Positions 56,508-64,000 of a stretch of 64,000 nucleotides of DNA are shown here, in pieces. Numbering within the stretch: position 1 is the first letter of the stretch; each line of letters begins with the position of its first letter. The stretch is taken from positions 186,001 to 250,000 of the forward strand of contig NW_026865227.1 in NCBI RefSeq assembly GCF_026571515.1. The letters run 5' to 3'. The position numbers and the translations under genes were made by a program. The notes beneath the pieces were generated by a model. That model ran no database searches, was not told the origin of the DNA, and saw only the letters and a list, made by a program, of their open reading frames with translations. Source of the DNA: Ruditapes philippinarum (lineage: Eukaryota).

Positions 56508-58565
56508 AATTATTCCTAAACCTATTGAACATAGCAGCCCAGAATATTTCATTTGTTTTATATACAGTATTCATGTGTGTTAAATAACAGAGACATACTA
56601 TGTTACAAGAAACAACCACAAGGTTTTGGTAACAACACAATTTTAATGTTTTTAATCTTTTTTAAAAAATATTTTATCAGATATTATTACAGCTTTGTAC
56701 ACTTTAAACCTCTTTACTATTAAAATTACTTACATAGTATCTGTTGTGTTGGCACTCATTTTCAATAGTTAAATTCCTAATTTGTACAAAATGGAAGAAT
56801 CTAATCATTCAAGGTTTTAAAGTAAGTATATAATGCCTTTATTTAATGAGGCTAACACATTTGGTTTCCCGATCTTCCATGTGGGCCTCAGCAAAGTGAT
56901 TCAAATACAACGCTTTAAACTTTTATATGGTCAAATTGTTAAATTATTTGTAGTTTACTATCAACACAGGTTAAGAATTAATATAAATACAAACCTTTTT
57001 ATGAATAAAATTGTAATAAAAGGTCAAAATTAATTATATAATATCATGCAAAAGGAATAACAAAAAGATTGGTATTTAAGTACTTTTACAAGGTCATTGA
57101 TAGGTCAGTTTGACTAGGGCTATCTCAGGATTATCATGTCAAGTAGATTAAGTAATTTTAACTCTCACCAACCTAAATTTGTAAAATAGACTTGTCCTGC
57201 ATTGTGGCTTCAAGGGTATTCAAAATATCAAATTCATTAAGAAATGCTATAGAATGAGCAAGTTTTTTCACTACAATTTGTCCTGCATCATTGCATTACC
57301 CAGTCAATGTAATGGGGTAGCTTTGTTTCAGTACAAGAATAGTCAAACTTGCAGAGTAAGGATTTTATCATCTGAGTGTCCCTGCAAGGCACAGCTTTTA
57401 CTCGGACTTTGATACTAGTAATCAAAGTACCCTCTATCTGAAGGGCTACAAGGGCACTCAAATTTTTTATTTCACTTATAATTGGAACAGTTATCAGCAA
57501 CATGGAAATGAAACCTCAAATTGTAGTCTTGTACTGTTTTTTTTTTTTTATAATAATATATTGTTTGTCCCATTTTTTTTTTTTTTTCATTTTATCTGAT
57601 TAAATAAACTGCTTATTAAACAAGTAGATCATGTCCGAAATGAAATTTAGACAATCTTGAATGTCGAACTCTTGTACGACATGATAAGATGATAAAAGAA
57701 AATAATACATAAAGACTGTGAGTCCAAGCTCTGGAAAATTTGCCGTAATCTGCCACTCAATTCCCAAGCTCCCTATGTATCATCTGACAATATCTTTTTT
57801 TTCCCCTGTCAAAATGAGACTTCTGAACATTATTTACTTACTCCCTTATCCCTCTTCAAAAGAAGACTATAGTACCATATTTCTTCCATACAAACCTTTT
57901 CTCCCCTGCCAGAGGAATACAGTCAGCATCAATTATTCATAACCAATCATACAGTTTTGTCTACAGTATACAAGGTGCGGTACAGCATACAATTGAATTA
58001 GGGGGGCACACTACGCTGTCTTCATTTCGAGCATCATCAAATATTAATGATAGATTCTCACTCGCCTCTAGAAACGTCAAATAAAATGTCCACTTTACAA
58101 GCGGGAAACGAGAATAAGGTGTTGTCTATATTAAGACAATATTGCGTGTAAGTACGAGTCCACAGAAAGAGGAACGAAATAAATTTTCATTTACAGAAGA
58201 AAAAACAGATGCCGATAATTTTTTATTCACGTTATCCCAGAAAATTGATATATTCGCTAACTAACGTACATTTCTCTTTAGAAACGCTCAGAAGAGTTTA
58301 AACACAATCAACATTCATTCAAGTTTTCCCTGAAGAAATTACATTCCATATTCCTCGTTTCAAACAAGAGACGAAGTGACAAGAAATTCTGAAGTTTAAC
58401 AGAAATTGTTGTCATGTTATTTGTTACTGTTGTTGGTTTTTGTTGTTTTGTTGATGTTTTTTTTTCTGGTAAATGTTTGCATTTCCTATAAATTTTGTTT
58501 TAGAAAACTGATGCAATTTTATGAAAAAGTTGACTGAAGGAAAATAAAAGTACAATTAATGTTCT

Positions 58566-58760
58566 TTAACCTTAATCCTGCTGAAACCTAAAGTGGTTAG
58601 CCTTAAATTGCCTTAAATAGAGCCAGGATAGCATCTGTCCAGTCCTACCAGACTTTATAGTGTTGGCTGTCTAACTTCTAATTAATTAAGTTGATAACAG
58701 ACAGATCAGAAAATGAAAGCCAGACAAGTTCATTTAACAATTCAGCAGGTTATGGGTGAA
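58566..58760. mobile_element. TTAA-flanked piggyBac-like MITE, same family, opposite orientation
   Basis: TTAA-CCTTAATCCTGCTG...CAGCAGGTTATGGG-TGAA. Confidence 0.65.
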
Positions 58761-59596
58761 ATATATATGTACAAATAAATAAGGTATGCAAGAGAGTGCC
58801 TCGCTCTTATAAAACCTAGCAACATATTAGACAGAAAGGTATCGAGCATGGCACCAAACAGGACCAACAGGAAAGCAAGCATCAAATTCTTATTTCCGAG
58901 TAGTTTCTGTTTGCTGCTGGCTGGGTCAAACTAAAAGATAAATATCTCACTTGTTTCTGTTTGCAGCTGGCTGGGTCAAACTAAAAGATTTATTTCTGAG
59001 TTGTTTCTGTTTGTGGCTGACTTGAGGTCAGTCAAATCATTGTTGATAAGAGATCAAGCACTGTATTTTTTTAAGTTACATTTGTATTAATGATGAAAGA
59101 AGCTAGTATTAGATAAATCTAACTTTACTTGAAAAGGCTAACACGGTTACAGATTTTCTTACCAGACATTCATTACCATGTTATTCTGTTTTGACCTTCT
59201 AATGATCTTATTTAACCCTGACCACATTATACACTTTTTCAACTCAACAATCATGGTTTCTTTATAATGGAATGATCCTGACATATCAATAGACAGACAA
59301 AATATAAACCTTAAAGAATGCCCCAAATGGCAAAATTAATTGTTGAGGGCTCAGTTAAACTCACCAGGGCCTGATCATGGAAGTAAGTGATACAACACAT
59401 ATTCAGTACTTGTGCAGAATTTAACATTAATTTTAAACAGGAAAAATCATGATGTTTGGAATTTAGAGACATTCACAAATCTTTACTCTGTTTTAAGTAG
59501 AGACAGACAAAATTGATAAAGGTTGCTATAAGACTGCCAGGGGCTGACCAGGTTTCTTGCTTTCATTGTAGTCTCCCCTACAATCAATAGATATGA

Positions 59597-60381
59597 AACT
59601 AGAACTGTGTCCAAAGGACACGGATGCCCCCACTGACAATTTATATATGGTATATAGTGAAAAAATCAACAAAGGGCCATAATTCTGTTAAATTTGGTCG
59701 CAGCAGAAATTCCTTCCTTTACTACCATCTACACATTCAGGTTGTTCATCCCTGGAAGTTTAAGCAAAATCTGCCATCCGGTTAAGAGGAGTTGTGTTCA
59801 CAAAATTTCTATATGGTATATAGTGAAAAAATCAACAAAGGGCCATAATTTAGTTAAATTTGGTCGCAGCAAAAATTCCTTCCTTTACTACCATCTACAC
59901 ATTAAGGTTGATCATCCCTGAAAGTTTAAGCAAAATCTGCCATCCGGTTTAAGAGGAGTTGCGTTCACAAAATTTCTATATGGTATATAGTGAAAAAATC
60001 AACAAAGGGCCATAATTCTGTTAAATTTGGTCGCAGCAGAAATTCCTTCCTTTACTACCATCTACACATTAAGGTTGATCATCCCTGGAAGTTTAAGCAA
60101 AATCTGCCATCCGGTTTAAGAGGAGTTGCGTTCACAAAATTTCTATATGGTCTATGGTGAAAAAATCAACAAAGGGCCATAATTCTGTTAAATTTGATTG
60201 CAGCAAAAATTCCTTCCTTTACTACCATCTACACATTAAGGTTGATCATCCCTGGAAGTTTAAGCAAAATCTGCCATCTGGTTTAAGAGGAGTTGCGTTC
60301 ACAAGATTTCGGGACGTACGGACGGACAATCGGACGGACAAGTGCAACACTATATGCTCCCACTCTGTGGGGGCATAAAAA
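59597..60381 (-). mobile_element. HINE/Helitron-type element, family C, copy 1, four 166-167-bp units
   Basis: Minus-strand 3' end GGGGGCAT-cc-GTGTCC-ttt-GGACAC-agttCTAGtt; 5' end ttttATGCCCCC; (GGAC)n tract; units at 59644, 59810, 59977, 60144. Confidence 0.85.
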
Positions 60382-60392
60382 GTTTAACACTC

Positions 60393-60883
60393 AACTAGAA
60401 CTGTGTCCAAAGGACACGGATGCCCCCACTGATAACATATATATGGTATATAGTGAAAAAATCAACAAAGGGCCATAATTCTGTTAAATTTGGTAGCAGC
60501 AAAAATTCCTTCCTTTACTACCATCTACACATTAAGGTTATTCATCCCTGGAAGTTTAAGCAAAATCTGCCATCCGGTTTAAGAGGAGTTGTGTTCACAA
60601 GATTTAGGGATGTACGGACGGACGTACGGACGGACGTACCAACGGACGGACGTCCGTTCTAACAGGAGAGTAATTATGTGGCTACTCTATTGTTCTCTCT
60701 ATTGTTCTTTTTAGCCACACAAAAGAAAATAGCCACATAAAAGCATTACGGAATGAATGACATCAAAGAGAAAGAACAGTTACCTATTGTCCCTCTAGCC
60801 ACATAATTACTCTCCTGTGAGTGCGTACAGACAGACGGACAAGTGCAACGCTATATGCCCCCCACTTTGTGGGAGCATAAAAA
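60393..60883 (-). mobile_element. HINE family C, copy 2 (one unit), head-to-tail with copy 1, with a nested MITE
   Basis: Same termini as copy 1, ~11-nt spacer between copies. Confidence 0.85.
60662..60818. mobile_element. MITE nested in the GGAC microsatellite of HINE C copy 2
   Basis: Perfect 23-bp inverted repeat ACAGGAGAGTAATTATGTGGCTA at 60662-60684 and 60796-60818; no clear TSD. Confidence 0.8.
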
Positions 60884-60929
60884 CTTGAATCTGAGCAAGA
60901 CTAATATACAAATAGCAAATGCTTACACT

Positions 60930-61200
60930 GACAGTACGGTTGAGTGGTAAAATTGCGTCAGACTAGTAACCTAGGATCTCTGGCCAGGACTGGTGGGTTC
61001 AAACCCCATTACAGGCAAGCCATTGTATCTTTAAGCAAGGAACTTTATACTCATTGCAAAATAGTATGAGATGCTTTCAGGAACAGATTCATAAGTGTGT
61101 TTACCTACATAATCAGTATTAGTTGGTTTCAGGAACAGAATTGAGAGTGTGACTCTTAAAGCTTATGGCTTCCTTAACACAATCAAACTAAAATAAATTC
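60930..61200 (+). mobile_element. tRNA-derived SINE, family 2; partial copy at ~24425-24560
   Basis: A-box-like ggttgagtggtaa, B box ggttcaaacc, core tgagcaag(g/a)aacttta(c/t)actcattgc, shared 3' aagcttat(a/g)gcttcct. Confidence 0.7.
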
Positions 61201-61911
61201 TACGTAAACAAGGAAGTTCTGTATAAACTAAAATGCTTACCACACGGCAAAAAACCAACATCCATCTAAAATAAATAAAATCAGTCATCCTAATCCAAGA
61301 ACAGTTTACACGACAAAACCTGGATAAACCCATAATTGTACTACAGCTGGAGAATTGATTTCCACTATTTAGCCTTATATGGGTCAAGTTTATACTTAAT
61401 AATCAATGATAAGTTCAATGAAACTCCAATAAGCTAGTCTCTCTTTTCTCTATCATGATTCTAGACGAGATTCTAACAGATACAGCTCTGAAAAACAGCA
61501 ACATTACTTTTTCAAATGTGTTACTTATAAAGTTTGTTAAAATATATATTTCACACAGTTGTTCATATGGTTATATCGGCGAAGTTTCAAACTTAGTATT
61601 GACAGAGTTCCTCTTAATGGATTATTTAGAACTTAGTTAATGTTAAATATGAATGTTTTCTTGTTCTACTATGATGAGTCTAAGATTAAATGTCTGTCTC
61701 CACCAGTGTTTCTTTGTTTCTTTTCTCCTATTTTCTTGTTGGTTTGTTTGTTTTTTTGATGCCGATTATAACACATTTGTTTTTCATCGTATCTTGACAG
61801 ATGATCAATCAAACAGGCTATCCTATATAACTATCTGGCCAGTAATTACCAATTTCTCTGAAAATGACCCTTGAAAATCACCATATGATCATTAGAATGT
61901 CTGTATAACTT

Positions 61912-63338
61912 AACAAGAGGGCCATGATGGCCCTGAGATTGCTCACCTGTATATAGGCCCCCCAACCCCCCCCCCCAACGTTGTAGTGCCAAGTTAACCC
62001 AAGGGCTTTTATTTGCACAAACTTGGTACACACCCATAAGAAGATGTTTCATGCTAAACATCTAAGCTCTAGCTCATTGGGCTTTTTAAAAGAAGATTTT
62101 TTAAAGTTTTTACTTATAATACACATATAGTTAAAAACAATGACACCCCTGGGGCCGGGCCAGTTTTGACCCCAGGGCTTTTATTTGAACAAACTTTGTA
62201 GACACTTACTAGAAGATGTTTCATGCTTAATATCTAAACTCTAAGCTATTTGGGTTTTTTCAAAGAAGATTTTAAGTTTTAGCTATACACATATAAAGAA
62301 AATCAATGACCTCTGGGACGGGGCCAATTTTGACCCCAGGTCTTTTATTTGAACAAACTTTGTAGACACTCACTAAAAGATGTTTCATGCTTAATATCTT
62401 AACTCTAGCTATTTGGGTTTTTTCAAAGAAGATTTTTTAAGTTTTTTCTATACACATATAAGGAAAATCAATGACCCCCGGGGCGGTGCCAATTTTGACC
62501 CCAGGGCTTTTATTTGAACAAACTTGGTAGACACCTATTAGAACATGTTTGATGCTAAATATCTTAGCCATAGCTCTTTGAGTTCTTTAAAAGAAGATTT
62601 TTTAAGTTTTTACTATATGCATATAGGGAAAATCAATGACCCCCCGGGGTGGGGCCAATTTTGACCCCAGGGCTTTTATTTGAACAAACTTGGTAGACAC
62701 CTATTAGAACATGTTTGATGCTCAATATCTTAGCCATAGCTCTTTGAGTTCTTTAAAAGAAGATTATTTAAGTTTTTACTATATGCATATAGGGAAAATC
62801 AATGACCCCCCAGGGCGGGGCCAATTTTGACCCCAGGGCTTTTATTTGAACAAACTTGGTAGATACCCATTAGAACATGTTTCATGCTAAATATCTTAGC
62901 TCTAGCTCTTTGGGTTCTTTAAAAGAAGAATTTTTAAGTTTTTACTATATGCATATAGGGAAAATCAATGACCCCTCGGGGAGGGGCCAATTTTGACCCC
63001 AGGGCTTTTATTTGAACAAACTTGGTAGACACTATTAGAAGATGTTTGATGCCAAATATCTAAGCTCTAGCTCTTATGGTTTTTTAAAAGAAGATATTTA
63101 AAGTTTTTTCTTTCGGTTGCCATGGCAACCAGAGTTCTGCATGGAATTAAATTCTTTGAACAATTTTTAAAGGTGACCACCAAAGGAACATTCCTGTGAA
63201 GTTTGGATGAAATTGGCTCAGTGGTTTATGAGGAGGTGTCCTTTTAAGTAAAAGTTTACGGAAGGATGACGGACGGACGACGGACGAAAAGCGATCACAA
63301 AAGCTCACCCTGTCACTTTGTGACAGGTGAGCTAAAAA
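61912..63338 (-). mobile_element. HINE-type element, family D, with ~7 units of 164-166 bp
   Basis: Minus-strand 5' ttttt-AGCTCACCTG, (GGAC/GAC)n tract, units marked at 62168, 62332, 62497, 62663, 62829, 62995, 3' CAGGTGAGC plus hairpin AGGGCCAT-c-ATGGCCCT, then cttgtt. Confidence 0.87.
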
Positions 63339-64000
63339 CCCAACAAAAAAAACCAAGAAAGTAAATTGATCTCCCCCAACTCTTGAATTTTCAAACCCCT
63401 AGTAAAGGTCTGACCCTGGAAGAATGGTCAGATTATAAATAAAGCCTGTCTAAGGCCCTGTCATTACAATTTGAACACAGGCGATTAGGGAGTACACATT
63501 ATACATGTAAAAAACCAGCGGATTACATGTAAATTATTTTTAGAAATTCTATTTAATTGTAAGAAGCAAACAAGTTGAAAATGGAATTTAGTGTCAAAAT
63601 GAAAAGGACAACTAAACACTGTAGTGCTTAAGTGACATTTAAATTAAAATAAAAACGATGTGCTCTGGCCTCTACATCTTTACCTTGTAAATAAAAAAAA
63701 TCTAAAAAATACACTATTAATTGCTGATGATTTAAACCAAAAATTTTTTTAATGAGACCACGGATTTAACCGTGATGAGACATATCCAAGAGAAATAAAA
63801 ATACAAATGGCTTATATTTTATTGTCTATATGCCCACTATGATATAACACGAAGCAATTCTTAAAATAGCATTCTCAAATGTATAATGTATTATGCTTGA
63901 AGCTTATTTGCATGGTTTTATTTTAGAAATATTTCGTTGACAGTATTTTTTTTCTATTTACATATCATTTCTTGGAATAAATCGATAAGGACACTGATTT

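Noticed and set aside
57842-57889. Possible first coding exon MEEIWYYSLLLKRDKG with gtaagt donor
   Set aside because: Phase 0 does not fit the phase-2 acceptor at 47928. It could still be a 5'UTR exon, but nothing here supports that.
59694-60662. Repeated 60-80-aa ORFs containing KKSTKGHNSVKF
   Set aside because: They are translations of the 167-bp satellite unit.

Overview
AT-rich eukaryotic genomic DNA. The repeat families look like those of bivalve molluscs (inference). The window holds one clear protein-coding gene, a Ca2+/calmodulin-dependent protein kinase kinase (CaMKK1/2 family), on the minus strand. I traced 14 phase-consistent GT-AG coding exons from the ATG at 47891 to the TAG at 19798, giving 1938 nt or 645 aa; they include a 22-nt microexon. 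The protein may start slightly earlier, in a tiny exon near 51841-51848. Left of the stop, base skew suggests a very long CaMKK 3'UTR (~19.8 to ~12.4 kb) meeting a convergent plus-strand transcript end (~1 to ~11.2 kb) whose CDS is outside the window. The rest is non-autonomous mobile DNA: at least four unrelated Helentron/HINE-type families carrying 150-167 bp satellite-like units, a clean hAT insertion (11-bp TIR, 8-bp TSD), MITEs with TTAA or TA flanks, tRNA-derived SINEs, LINE 3' ends, and minisatellites, several of which arose inside elements. The oddest items are a cluster of housekeeping-promoter motifs (ETS, CRE-like, TCTCGCGAGA, YY1) in an intron, a duplicated out-of-frame splice acceptor, and a candidate poison exon. 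I found no CRISPR array, rRNA, intact tRNA or autonomous transposase, and nothing I can firmly call a new biological system.
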